A DNA stretch of 64,000 nucleotides from Eledone cirrhosa (Eukaryota), in contig OZ024759.1 in the NCBI GenBank assembly GCA_964016885.1, positions 26,536,001 through 26,600,000 on the forward strand, read 5' to 3'. This document shows positions 13,608 through 27,039 of this stretch, piece by piece (within the stretch, counting starts at the first letter, position 1; each line of letters opens with the position of its first letter). A program made the translations under genes and the position numbers. The notes below the pieces were generated by a model, which was not told where the DNA came from, ran no database searches, and saw only the letters and a program-made list of their open reading frames with translations.

Positions 13608-13825
13608 ACGTTCTATCATAGTGTTCTGTCCCAACCCAGGGCCTGAAACACTCACAAAAACGCGAATTTCCAACGCAATTTTTTTTCCTTCGTGAGGCTG
13701 TTCCTTTCAATGTTTTAAGTTCGTAAGTCGGATGTTCGTATGGTGGGGACTTACAATATAGGTGTTGGGTGGGGTTTAAAATGAGAACGTAAAGAACAGG
13801 AGTCAGTCCCACAAATTGCAATAAT

Positions 13826-14532
13826 AATTGTTTCTACTTTTAGCACAAGGCCAGCAATTATCCCAGTGCATTACTGGTACTTTATTTTATCAACCCCGTA
13901 AGGATGAAAGGCAAAGTTAACCTCGGCGGGATTTGAACTCATGCTGCAAAGCATGGCATCCAACCTTCTACCGATATTGCCAATCTACCAATAATTATAA
14001 TGGTTTGTGATTTAGGCACAAGGCCAGCAATTTTGGGGGAGGGGAAAGTCGATTAAATCGGCCCCAGTGTATTACTGGTGCTTTATTTTATCGGCCCCGT
14101 AAGGATGAAAGGCAAAGTTAACCTCGGCGGATTTGAACTCAGAGCTTAAACAGCCGTAACTCTATGCTGAAAAGCATGGCGTCCAACCCTCTACCGATAC
14201 TGCCAACCGTCAAAATGTTCAAAGATAGGACGCCATTGATATTGAATAAAACTTCTGACTAGCGTAATCACAGAAAACTGGTTCAAGCTGGTTTTGTTTA
14301 ATAGTAAAAGGCAAGTAATGCATTTGCTATTATGTAAGATACTTATATAATTGTTTCTACTTTAGGCACAAGGCCAGCAATCACCCAGTGCATTACTGGT
14401 ACTTTATTTTATCGATCCCGTAAGGATGAAAGGCAAAGTCAACCTCGGCGGGATTTGAACTCAGATCGTAAAGGGACGTAACTATGCTGGAAAGCATGGC
14501 GTCCGACCCTCTACCGATACTGCCAATCCATT
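13826..14532 (-). mobile_element. Three SINE S1 copies
   Basis: Copies at about 13826-13990, 14000-14210 and 14348-14532. Confidence 0.85.
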
Positions 14533-14669
14533 GCCCCTTACTTATATAATGATATAATATAAGACATCATTTTGAGACATAAAGGTATGTATGTGCGTAT
14601 ATTTATATGTATGTAGGATAGTATGTAGGTGTATATATGTATTTGTATGGACACATATATGTATGTATG

Positions 14670-14712
<43 letters not shown>

Positions 14713-14954
14713 ATATATATGCACGTATAAATATATACACATATATATATATATACATAAGCATGAATATGTGTATGCAGCTATATGTATGTATGTATAT
14801 ATATGTGCGTGTGTGTGTATATATATATGTGAATATATGTGGATATATGTGGATATATATGTGTATATATATAACTATACGTGTAAATATATGTGTATAT
14901 ATATAGAGAGATATAGATATACATACATATATACATACAGACATATATACATAC

Positions 14955-14987
<33 letters not shown>

Positions 14988-15210
14988 CGAACACACATAC
15001 ACACATGCTATAGTCGTGAATTTTGCTTAGCATTGTGGTTCTGAATTTTGTCACTGAAAGTTTATAAGTTGCGTTCACGTACACACGTACACACACACAT
15101 GCATATTTCTGTATACATATATCTGTCACCTGGTGCCTTTCGTTACACACACACACATACACACACATGCATATTTCTGTATACATATATCTGTCACCTG
15201 GTGCCTTTCG

Positions 15211-15274
<64 letters not shown>

Positions 15275-15617
15275 CCATATTTATGTAGCAAGATTGCGCT
15301 GTGCGTGTGTTTATATTGAAGTGATTGCATATAAAACTCTGCGTGTGTGTCTGTGACAGTGTATGTGTCTGTCTGTGTTTGAGAGTGCATCTGTCTGTGT
15401 GTGAATAACTAATATCGATTTTTCGTATTTGTCTTCGGTGTTGTTTTTGTTGTGTTTGATGTGTTTTTCATTCTTTCTCCGCTCACTCCTGTTAATAAGC
15501 AGTTCGTAGTCGTCTGTAACATTTTTACAGGTGTGTAAAAAGATAATTCAAAATAAAATGTTTTTACAGGTATGTAAAAAAAATAAAAATAAAATATTTT
15601 TGTTATTATTTACTCAC

Positions 15618-15752
15618 CTGTCGTGGTTCTGCTGCAGGTATGTTACTTCGCTTTCCCCCTATAGGACACGTTGTCCAGAAACAGCCTCTCACCAGAGGTA
15701 GAATCACCACCACAATTAAAAATGCGAAGATACTGTATTTCATACTTGCCAT
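15618..15752 (-). CDS. Coding exon 1 of an octopressin/sepiatocin-type (oxytocin/vasopressin family) prepropeptide
   Basis: Manual translation: MASMKYSIFAFLIVVVILPLVRG-CFWTTCPIG-GKR-SNIPAAEPRQ. This gives a 23-aa hydrophobic signal peptide, a Cys1/Cys6 nonapeptide with Pro7 and Gly9 (15683-15657), and a G-K-R amidation/cleavage signal. The exon ends CAG|GTGAGT (phase-0 donor), where vertebrate OXT/AVP intron 1 lies. It is too short for the ORF track. Confidence 0.96.
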
Positions 15753-15808
15753 GTTTTAGAAATGTAAAAGTGTGTCTTTCGGTTTGTGTTTTTTTTTTGT
15801 CTGTTTGT

Positions 15809-15820
15809 TTTTATATATAT
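15809..15820 (-). promoter_or_regulatory. Possible TATA box of the nonapeptide gene
   Basis: TATATATAAAAA lies about 57 nt upstream of the ATG, with no obvious acceptor in between. Evidence is weak because TA runs are everywhere here. An alternative TATATAA/CCAAT region lies at about 16350-16401. Confidence 0.25.
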
Positions 15821-16088
15821 TTGGCTTTTTCTTACAGAAGTTTTTAGGTATATATATATATGTGTGTGTGTGTCTGTGTGTGTATATACCTATATGAATT
15901 CTTTAGATATATATCTAATATATCTATATATATGTTTATGTATATATACTTGTATGAAGTATATAGATAGATAGATATGTAATATATATAACTAATAGCT
16001 ATCTACAATTGTAATAAAATCTATACCTATATACCTATATACATATATACATATGCATATATATATGTATGTATGTATATATGTATGT

Positions 16089-16121
<33 letters not shown>

Positions 16122-16223
16122 CCAGTAATATACAACGTTTGACAAGACTTAGTGTAGTCTTGATTACTTTAAATCTTCGTTTGATTTGAATATCATAGGT
16201 TTATATATATATAAATATATACG

Positions 16224-16259
<36 letters not shown>

Positions 16260-17136
16260 GTGTTTTTATATTTTGTTTTTGCTTTTTTTGTAATTTTTGT
16301 GTATTTTTTGTTTAGTTTTTTTCTGTGATGTATTTCAAAAATTGTCTTGATCTGATTGGTTGGTTAGTTCTTAGATTGCTTCTTTCATTGGTTGATTATA
16401 TAAAGTAGCCTCGTCGCCGTTGTTGTTGTTGTTGTAGTAGTTGTAGTTGTTTTTGTTTATCCTGCTTAGATGGTGTAGGTGGTAACTTGTGTTGGTGTGG
16501 CGGTGCTGGGGTTGGCGGTATGTGTTTAACTGAAGGCTACTAAAGCTCTTCTTCATCTATCTCAAGCAAACTCCCTGTTTATATACATTCACGGTCATAA
16601 ATATATTTATACATATGAATATATATATATATATATATATACACATAAATATATATATATATATATATGGTGGGGTGATAATAATTTCCACAAAGTTTAT
16701 AAATGTTTTCTCTTTGGTAACTTTCCGTGCTTATGTGTGTGTGTATATATATATATATGTGTGTGTATGTATGTATGTGTGTGTATGTGGGCGTCTGAGT
16801 GTGTATGTGACCATATGCGACTAGGCGTTCCCTCTGCATCTCACTCTCTCTCCCTCACTCTCTCACCCCTTTCTCACTCCCTCTCTTTCTCTCTCTCTCT
16901 CTCTGACTATCTATCTATCTATTTATCTATCTCTCTATCTAAATCCTTTCCCACTTCTTATAGATTACGTTCCTATCTTCACTACCACACCCTACAGAAA
17001 CTCCCCCTACATCCCCCTCACTCCTCCGCCCCTGTCTATCATCAATATAAACTCCATTACAGTTAGTGACACCTTATCACATGTGAAGTCCTCCTAATTA
17101 ATTTTTAATGATCAAATTCTAGGAAGTCCTTAAACT

Positions 17137-17177
<41 letters not shown>

Positions 17178-17573
17178 ACACACATACCCACCCACTTTCT
17201 CTCTCTCTCTCTCTCTCATTTCTCCGCTCTCTATCTATCTACCACTTATAGCAATTATATATATATAATATATCAAGACAGAAAGAAATGTCCATACATA
17301 TATATATAAGGGGGTGGGATAATTTTAATACATATACATCTGCAAATGCACACATGAACACTCACATACAAACACATACACACATACACACACATAGGTA
17401 TATATATATATATATATATATAATGTATACACATGTCAATATTCCGGATGAGACCGAATAGAACCATATACTATATTGTCCAATACATTGAGTCAACTCA
17501 TATATATTATTATGTAAATGACTCTCACGAATTACAACCAGACGATAACACAAACACGTGCGCCCACACACAC

Positions 17574-17615
<42 letters not shown>

Positions 17616-17841
17616 GTGTGTGTTGGTGTGTGGGTGTTTGTGTGCATATTTGAATGAATTCCAAAACTATTGATCAAGATAGACTGTATAGGCGTAAAAG
17701 TAATTCGCCTTCTGGAAGGTAAAACCTCATGAAAATTAAAGTGTTTTCAATTACCTTGTAATAGATTATATACATGAATGTGTGTGCGTATGTTCATTCG
17801 TGTGGGTGTAATATATATATATATAATATATATATATATAT

Positions 17842-18034
17842 AACGAAGGAAATGTGGTAAGGAACCAGGTGGACCATAACGCACCAAAGTACTCAATACT
17901 TGAGGTAGTAGAGTGGGTAATAGGAACCAGTAAGACCCCGAGAGCTGAGCTCAAGTCGTTTCGACGGCTAATTCAGTCCAGAATTAGCCGTCGAAACGGC
18001 TTGAGCTCAGCTGTCGGGGTCTTACTGGTTCCTA
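17842..18034 (-). mobile_element. Fold-back element, family B (partial hammerhead), in (TA)n
   Basis: An 80-bp tail followed by a palindrome at 17921-18034 containing GAAAC-ggct-tgagctc-agct-GTC. Flanked by TA repeats. Confidence 0.75.
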
Positions 18035-18164
18035 TATATATATATATATGTGTGTGTTTTTCATCGAAAAAAATGTTGAATTCATCTTCTCTTTTCATGA
18101 TATTTGGATAACATTGAGTTCTTCATACGGATTGGACACTACCGTATATTTTGGTAGATTTATC

Positions 18165-18235
<71 letters not shown>

Positions 18236-18240
<5 letters not shown>

Positions 18241-18463
18241 CAATAGATGTGAACATGAATGGACCTGTTGTTTTTATCTAAAAACATTTTTGCCAATTCT
18301 AACCCGCCCGTCCCCTCAATCTATTTTATTTCTCATTCTTTCTTCTGGTGAAGGACTAGCGTCCGAAACGTTAAGACACTCTTCCTGCTATTTCAAGCGT
18401 TGACCTAATATATTCCTACCATATACTGTACCGATTGTATTGTTATTTCGGTTTACCTTTTAC
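18236..18463 (+). mobile_element. Penelope-like element 3' end with hammerhead motif (family C)
   Basis: tctt CTGGTGA aggac-tagc-gtcc GAAACGTT aaga at 18341-18376. AACGTT has no loop, so stem III could only form in a dimer. Homologous to 4555-4780. Confidence 0.6.
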
Positions 18464-18985
18464 ATACATAGATAGATAGATAATGTCTGTGTATATTGAT
18501 GTGAGTAAATATAGATACATGCTTATATGTATAGCGAAGCTAAAATTTAATATACAAGCATCAAAATTATGTATTATATATGATAGTATATGATTGTCAC
18601 ATCTAATTTTTCCACATGTATGCATTCATATGTAACAGCGTTCACTTTTTCCGTCTACCTTGTTAGGATATATATATATATATATATTCCAAGTAAAGAA
18701 TTGGCGAGCATAACAAAAACAAAAATCATATTTCGCCTCAACACATATCTGATGACTACACATCAAATGACTATCATGCTATCAGTTTGATGACTTAAAA
18801 TGCGCATAACAGGAGTATACATTAAAGCGACTGTATACATAAAAATACCTCTCTTCGTTATTATATATATATATATATATTTATATATAATAGTTTTCAA
18901 CTATATTTATATATATATATATATCTTTGTGTGTATGTATGTGTATGGATATTTAGCTTAATGATGTAATGATTCGCGTACATTC

Positions 18986-19130
18986 GTTTAATATAGAAAT
19001 AGCTTCTACAGGACTAGAATTGTTGCATTCAAAAAATGAAACAATTAAAGTCCTGTAGAAGCCATTTCTATATTAAACATATTTTCGCTCTACAAATGTA
19101 TTAAGTAACTTACTTACAGTAGTTACCCCA
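18986..19130 (+). mobile_element. Fold-back element, family A (diverged)
   Basis: Imperfect palindrome centred in stem II (cattc-aaaa-aatgaaac), followed by the family tail. Confidence 0.6.
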
Positions 19131-19346
19131 TATTTGTATATCTATATAAACATATTTGTGTATATATATATATATAAACATATTTGTGTATATATATATA
19201 TATAAACATATTTGTTTATATATATATGTATATATATATATAAACATATTTGTGTATATATATATATATATATAAACATATTTGTGTATATATATATATA
19301 TATATAAACATATTTGTGTATATATATATATATATATAAACATATT

Positions 19347-19393
<47 letters not shown>

Positions 19394-19398
19394 ATTTG

Positions 19399-19429
<31 letters not shown>

Positions 19430-19742
19430 ATATTTGTATATATGTATATATATATATATAAACATATTTGTATATATATATATATATATAAACATATTTG
19501 TGTATATATATGTATATATATGTATATATATATAAACATATTTGTGTATATATACATATATATATATAAACATATTTGTGTTTATATACATATATATCTA
19601 TATAAACATATTTGTGTATATATACATATATATCTATATAAACATATTTGTGTTTATATACATATATATCTATATAAACATATTTGTGTTTATATACATA
19701 TATATAAACATATTTGTGTATATATATATATATACAGATTTG

Positions 19743-19775
<33 letters not shown>

Positions 19776-19790
19776 TTGTATATATATATA
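19130..19790. repeat. Minisatellite AAACATATTTGTG-(TA)n
   Basis: Directly visible. Confidence 0.9.
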
Positions 19791-19794
19791 TAAT

Positions 19795-20109
19795 TTTGAG
19801 TATGTGTTCGTTGTTTACCGACACTTCAGTATACAGGTTGGAGCACTCGACGAGTAGTCAGGTTGATCTGTTTACTCCGGAGTAATGCTTTCAGTTCCTA
19901 AGAGGACTAACATTACACTCTGGATCTGAACATATCAATTGATTAACGACGTTAAATCTATCACAATATTGTTTTCCTGCTTTTTCTGTTCAAGTTCTTA
20001 CTGCTTGATGAGGTAATAGCTGTTGAAAAATGGCTATCATTGACATATATATAGCAGCGAATATGAATAAACGAAGTTAATTTTACCCTGTTGACTTACA
20101 CTTCTTGTT

Positions 20110-20110
<1 letters not shown>
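19795..20110 (+). mobile_element. Decayed Penelope-like 3' end with degenerate hammerhead
   Basis: ctgc TTGATGA ggtaatagctgtt-gaaa-aatggctatcatt GACAT atat ATA gcag at 20001-20057. Stems I and II pair, with two core substitutions. Between TA runs. Confidence 0.45.
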
Positions 20111-20141
<31 letters not shown>

Positions 20142-20334
20142 TGTGTGTGTGTATATATTTGTATATATGTGTATATATATATATATGTGTGTGTGTGTGT
20201 ATACATACGTACATAAACTAAACACCACAAATACGAAGAAGCCGAAACGACTATCAACTTATTAAATAAAATTTTAATCAAAACCTAACCACTACACACA
20301 GACACGCAAACACAAACAAACACACACTCACACT

Positions 20335-20365
<31 letters not shown>

Positions 20366-20669
20366 ATGATCATTTAAGAAGCAAGAATGTACAGTCAATG
20401 TTAGTTGAATAAACATGTATGACTACACACAAGTGCACCGAATTAACAAACACGCAGCCACGTATGTCTATTAATGCATGCGGGGATAGTAACACATCTG
20501 CATGGCAAAGTAGGTATGTATACATTGAGGTGTGTGTGTGTATATGTATATATATATGCATTAGAGAGAGAGAGAGAGAGGAATTTATGTCCAGATAAAT
20601 ACATAAAAAGATAATTACACTTACAGAATTCTCTACATATATACACAACTTATATATACACACTTCTCT

Positions 20670-20812
20670 ATTATATATATGTATATATATATAGATATAT
20701 GCATATATAAATATAGATATATGCATATATAAATATATATATATGCATATATATATATATATATATATATATGCATATATATATATATATATATAAGCAT
20801 ATATATATAAGC

Positions 20813-20843
<31 letters not shown>

Positions 20844-20864
20844 TATATATATATCTATATTTAA

Positions 20865-20915
<51 letters not shown>

Positions 20916-21047
20916 TGTATATATATATGTATATATGTATATATATCTATATCTATATTTAAATATGTATATATGTATATATATCTATATCTATATTTAA
21001 ATATGTATATATATATATGTATATATATATATCTATATTTAAATATG

Positions 21048-21084
<37 letters not shown>

Positions 21085-21099
21085 CTATATTTAAATATG

Positions 21100-21136
<37 letters not shown>

Positions 21137-21151
21137 CTATATTTAAATATG

Positions 21152-21182
<31 letters not shown>

Positions 21183-21197
21183 CTATATTTAAATATG

Positions 21198-21228
<31 letters not shown>

Positions 21229-21375
21229 GTATATATATATATCTATATTTAAATATGTATATATATATATCTATATTTAAATATGTATATATATATATAT
21301 GTATATATATATATCTATATTTAAATATGTATATATATATATCTATATTTAAATATGTATATATATATATATATT
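20670..21375. repeat. Minisatellite CTATATTTAAATATG-(TA)n
   Basis: Directly visible. Confidence 0.9.
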
Positions 21376-22210
21376 TCGTTTCTGAATTTGTTTAGCAAGA
21401 TTCTTTATCTGAAAACGTGTGTTGAAACCGATATTGTTATACTTTAGGAGGGTCATGTTGCCAATAAGAAACACACGCACCAGATGCTTTCACTTCAATT
21501 TATTATAATAAATATATAAATTTAGGAGTTTATAAATTTCCGGTTGGTTGGTTGGTTCCACAACCAGATGATTTTTATATATTGTCAAAGTTCTTTCGTC
21601 ACACATTCTGTGACCTCTTCAATGATTGGTGATTCTTTTCCTTGTTTTTGTGCCTCTCTTTGTTCTGTCCTACGCCATCTTCTTTTTGTGTGTCACAAAA
21701 ACAAGATGGCCTAGCACAGAACACACAAAAATAAGATGGCGTAGGACAGGTGCAAGTGGGGATGGTGGTGGCTGTGACATTGGTGATGGTGGTGGTGGTG
21801 GTGATGGAGGTGCAAGTGGGGATGGTGGTGGCTGTGACAGTGGTGATGGTGGTGGCTGTGACAGTGATGTTGGTGGTGGTGGTAATGGTGGTGGCTGTCA
21901 TAGCGGTGGTGGTGGTGGTGGTGGTGGTGATGGTGGTAGGGGTTGTTCTGAAGTCTAAAAGAAAGATGAAAGAGTGAGAAATGAATCGATGAAAATAATC
22001 TGCGAGAGATGAGATGTGAGTTGAAATGTGAGATGAAATGTGAGATGAGACGTGAGATGAGATGAGATGAAAGATGAAAGATGAGATGGGAGATAAATAG
22101 ATAAAAAGCGCGGAAAGAGGTGTATGGGGAAAGGTAATAGACCACATAGAAAATTCTGAAGAGATCTAGAGCGCGTACAGCTCCATCACATACTGGGACT
22201 AGGGGGTGAA

Positions 22211-22259
<49 letters not shown>

Positions 22260-22364
22260 GTTGCTGCTAAACTTACACACGCACATTAAAATAATTTGAG
22301 TTACTTTAAAAACTATTAATCTCCAGAGTTACCTAAGAATCTTTCGATCTGTCTTTATATAATA

Positions 22365-22672
22365 CTAGCAGAATGGCCCGGCGTTGCTCGGGATTTGCTT
22401 TAGGGTTCTTATATATTTGATATATATTTATCCTTGTCTGTCGAGCCACTGAAAATAAATACGTTTGTTTATATTTTGTTATTGAGTATGCAAAAATATC
22501 TGTACACGAATATATAATTATATATATATAATAAAATAACAGATTAAAGTTTAAGCAAAGAATCGCTGCTTTCTCCCTTAACGGGATCTTCTGAACTAAA
22601 AAAATCAATCTGTGAACGCAGAAGTAAATATTTCGAAAAACTTTACACACTATATATATATATATTTACACA

Positions 22673-22735
<63 letters not shown>

Positions 22736-23023
22736 TAACGTCATAATGCAGTTATGCAGACAGCCAGCCAGACATACAGACAGATATTATAAGGGCACGA
22801 CGACATAGCTATGTATCTATCTAAAAAGAAAGACTAAGAATTATAGAGAGAGATCGCTAAATGGCCTAATTCGGTCCCTAGGGCATTGAAAATTTGAAAT
22901 AGTTTTTGCTCAAAACACTCACACCACCATAAGTATTACATGTGTAAAGTTTGAAAACAATCGGTTGGGTGGTTCTCGAGTTTTAGGGAATCAGACAGAC
23001 ATTCTCTGTTTTAGATATATAGA
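22365..23023 (-). mobile_element. Non-autonomous Helitron with nested insertions
   Basis: Minus strand starts A|TCTATATATCTAAAAC and ends with the hairpin cccgagcaacgccggg then CTAG|T (AT target site). A family G piece and (TA)n are nested inside. Confidence 0.75.
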
Positions 23024-23104
23024 TATATGTGTGTGTATCTATATACATTTACATATGTGTATGTACATGTATGTATGCACATATATGTGTGTGTCTATTT
23101 ATAA

Positions 23105-23136
<32 letters not shown>

Positions 23137-23154
23137 GTTTGTATGTATGTATGG

Positions 23155-23522
23155 GCCAGTCATTTGGAGGGAGGGGAAAGTCGATTAAATCGACCCCAGT
23201 ACTCCGTAAGGATGAAAGGCAAAGTTAAACTCGGCGGGATTTGAACTCAGAACGTAAAGGAGCGTAACTCGATGCTGCAAAGCATGGCGTCCGATCCTCT
23301 ACCGATACTGCCAATCCACCACCAATAATAATAATTGTTTCTACTTTAGGCACAAGGCCAGCAATTACCCAGTGCATTACTGGTACTTTATTTTATCGAC
23401 CCCGTAAGGATGAAAGGCAAAGTCAACCTCGGCGGGATTTGAACTCAGACCGTAAAGGACCGTAACTCGATGCTGCAAAGCATGGCGTCCGACCCTCTAC
23501 CGATACTGCCAATCCACCACCA
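23155..23522 (-). mobile_element. Two tandem SINE S1 copies
   Basis: Near-identical heads separated by (AAT)n. Confidence 0.85.
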
Positions 23523-24260
23523 ATAATAATAATGTTAATTCATTTTACACATTTTCTCAGATGAAATAATAACTAAAATATAATTTCTTTGGCAGAAAAT
23601 TCCATTTATTCTGCCTCAATTTTCATGAGAATTTTCAATTTTCTCGCCATTTTGTTTTTCTCACCATGCTGCAAAGCATGGTGTCCGACTCTATACCGAT
23701 ACTGCCAATCCACCGCATGAAATAGAGGGTGATAGAAAGAAAGTGAGAAAGAATGATAGAAGACGAATCGACATTAGTTGATTTTTGCACGAACTCGAAA
23801 ATATGAAAGGTGAAGATAAACGCGACGATATTTAGACTAAGCACACAAACAATCGGAATGACTACTACGTAGCATTCTATTGGACGATTCAAGGTTTTTG
23901 TCAATCCCCATCTCAGCAGTAGGAACTCCAGGTCAAATGTTTCAAAATGCTTCAGTCTTTTACTCGCCGTTTTTTCTTCCGAGGCACTTCTTTTGCCGAC
24001 AAGAGGACACCATGGCCAGAAACAAGCACAACGGTTACCAACATATAGATACTAAGTTTAAAACTCGCCATGTTTGGAAATATGAAACTTTGCTTGTGTA
24101 TTACTGAAGGCCCCTCTGTCTGATGAGCGAACTAGACGTATGTTAATACAGTCTAGGTTCCTGAAACCTTTGGTAATGGAGTAGTTATATATTGTGTTGT
24201 TCACTTACTAATTAAATATATTTATACGTATATATATATTAATGTATATAAATATATATA

Positions 24261-24478
24261 TAGTAATAATAAAAAATGTGAAGACTAAAATCCGAAGAGG
24301 GCTTGATAAGGATTATATATATATAAATATATATATAAATCCGTACAGCAAATATTTATTAAAATAACAGATTAAAGTTTAAGCAAAGAATTTCAGCAAA
24401 GGTTTCAGAAGACCCCGTTAAGAGTGAAAGCAGCAATTCTTTGCTTAAACTTTAATCTGTTATTTTAATAAATATATA
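24261..24478. mobile_element. Fold-back element, family G (CAGAAGA core variant)
   Basis: Arms atatttattaaaataacagattaaagtttaagcaaagaatt and its reverse complement. Related pieces at about 22405-22650, 40420-40540 and 41341-41755. Confidence 0.6.
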
Positions 24479-24675
24479 CATATGTAATAAATATAGTTTG
24501 TGTATATCTGTTAGCTGATCTTCAAGTTTGGCTGATGGTCTATGGTGATAATCTTTAAAATTTTGCTGTTTGTATAATTTATTTTCTTCGAAAGGCAACA
24601 TATGTGTGTACTTCTGTGTGATTGTATAGACATGAACTCTCATGCATATGCACATATATGAACATTCAAAGACAC

Positions 24676-25760
24676 AGGCACAAGGAAGAGAGGGGTCGAT
24701 TAAATCAACCTCAATGATTTACTGGTATTTTATTTTATCGATGCCGTAAGGATGAATGTCAAAGATAACCTCGGCAGGTTTTGAACTCAGAACGTAAATA
24801 TTGGTTCTCGATTTAAGCACAAGGCCAAGAATGTTGGTGGGCGGGGAAAGTCGATTAAACTGACTGCAGTGTGTTACTGGTACTTTATTTTATCGACCAC
24901 ACTAAGGATGAAAATCAAAGCTAACCTCGGCTGGATTTGAAATCAGAACGTAAGTAATAAAAGAAATGCATTTTAGATGAGTGCTTAATTGAATCGCTTT
25001 AGACCCTTTAATCCGACATGTTTACAATGAGGATTAGAAAGAGTGTGGAGGTTAACTCGCACCTGTTTACATCCATATTTCTATTGAAATTTACTGTTTC
25101 ATATCCATATTTCTATTGAAATTTATAGAGAACCTGCGCATATGTGTGGACTTATGTATATAAGACTACAAAGTCTAATTCAACCCTGGTCTTATGATAT
25201 ATTACTTTTTTTTAAATTTAAAGTATTTTTATTCATCTATAAATATTTCATCACAATTCTATGCAGGACATCAGTTACTTTTCGTTCCAGCATTTTAATA
25301 ATGGTTTCTGGTTTAGCCATAAGGCCAGCAATTTGAAGGGAAGGGGAAAGTCGATTAAATCATCCCTGTGCGTGACTGATACTCTATTCTATCGACCCCG
25401 TAAGGATGAAAGGCAAAGCGAACCTCGGCGGGAATTGATCTCAGAGCGTTAAAGCCGCAAATCTATGCCGTGAAGCAGGGTGTCCGACGCTCTACCAATA
25501 CTGCCAATCCACCAACAGCATTTTAATAATAGTTTCTCATTGAGCTACAAGACCAACAATTTGGGGAGTGGAATCGATTAAATCGACCACAGTGCACTAT
25601 TGGTATTTTATGTGATCAACCCCGTTCAAATCCCGCCGAGAGTATCTTTGCCTTTGTTCCTGGTGGGGTCGATAATATAAAGTACCAGAAAAGTAGTGGG
25701 CGTCAATTTTATTAACACCCCTCTTCCCTTCAAATTAACCTTATGCCAGAATTAGAAACC
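24676..25760. mobile_element. Cluster of five SINE S1 copies
   Basis: Minus-strand copies at about 24676, 24800, 25300 and 25530; a plus-strand copy at about 25625-25760. Confidence 0.75.
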
Positions 25761-25894
25761 AGCATCTTAGTAATGCTACCTGTTTCTATGAAATGCTCAA
25801 TGAGGGACAATGCTGGCCCTTTGAATTGCTGTATATTCAACGGGCTTCCAAACAGTTTCTGTTTACTCAGTTTTATTCACAAGTGATTGATCCA

Positions 25895-26395
25895 CCCGTG
25901 GCTGTGGTAAAGGTGTTGGATTTAACGATCATAATGTCCAGGGTTCGATTCCTGTTGTGTTCTTGAGCAAAACACTTCATTTCACGTTATTCCAGTATAC
26001 TCAGCTGAAAATGAGTACCAGCAATAGCTGGTGGTTTCACCCTGCGATGGACTGGCGTCCTGTTCAGGGGAAGGTTTTGTACAATCAGTCACTTCACGCC
26101 ATGAAACCGTGATGAGCACCGGCGTAACGAACCTTCTGGTTTGACACAGACTTTAAACGTGTAGTGGACTAGCGTCCTGTCCAGTGGGGCGGCTTGTACT
26201 CGCAGTCGCTTCACGCCATGAAATCGTGATGAGCACCGGCGTAACGAACCTTCTGGCTTGACACAGACTTTAACCATGTAGTGGACTAGCGTCCTGTCCA
26301 GTGGGGCGTCTTGTACTCGCAGTCGCTTCATGCCATGTAACCGGGATAAGCACCACCGGCCAAAGAGCTTTCTAGCTTAAGACAGACTTTAGATT
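25895..26395 (+). mobile_element. SINE S2 with triplicated 3' domain
   Basis: One head followed by three copies of about 120 bp of the 3' segment. Confidence 0.85.
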
Positions 26396-27039
26396 TAGAC
26401 AAGCTGCAACACAGTATGATCGAACCCAGGGCTTAATGATTGTAAATCGAACCCATTAAGAGTTCAGCCTTGTTGTGTCAGTTTTATTCACAGTTGAAAT
26501 GATGTCAAGAACATATAGCTAACTCTTTCAAGTGCTATAATCCGGCATCCTGCTGTTCCGGAGTTTCAACATCCGTCTTATCAGTAAAGATTAATATAAT
26601 TATTGATACTCAGGAGTTCAATAGATGAGTGGATACGTTTACCTTAGAATCAGTTCAAGTGTGTCTTTCTATCATAGACCCAACAGGGGGTTCCTCTCTT
26701 TACCTCCAGAGATAAAAGATATTCATTCTAAATTTCTATATGTGACAGATATAAAGGAAGAATCGACCCAGTATTGGACTGGTACTTTATGCAGCAACTT
26801 TGAAATGTTGAAAGGAAAAATTTAACCTTCTAGGGATTTGATTTTAGAGAGAGAGAGAGAGAGAGGGAGAGCCGAGCATTGGACGAATACTGCAAAGCCT
26901 TCTATACGATTTTCTAACGATTTTCATCATTTGGGGGTCCATAAAAATAAAGTACTAGTAAGGTACTGTGGTCGATTTAGTCGACTTTCTCCTCCACTAC
27001 TAATTGCTGGCCTTGTGCCTCCCTCTCCACCCTGATTTT

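Noticed and set aside
21750-21950. Gly-rich or Thr-rich ORFs
   Set aside because: (GGT)n-based repeat with a local duplication; open in several frames merely for lack of stops.
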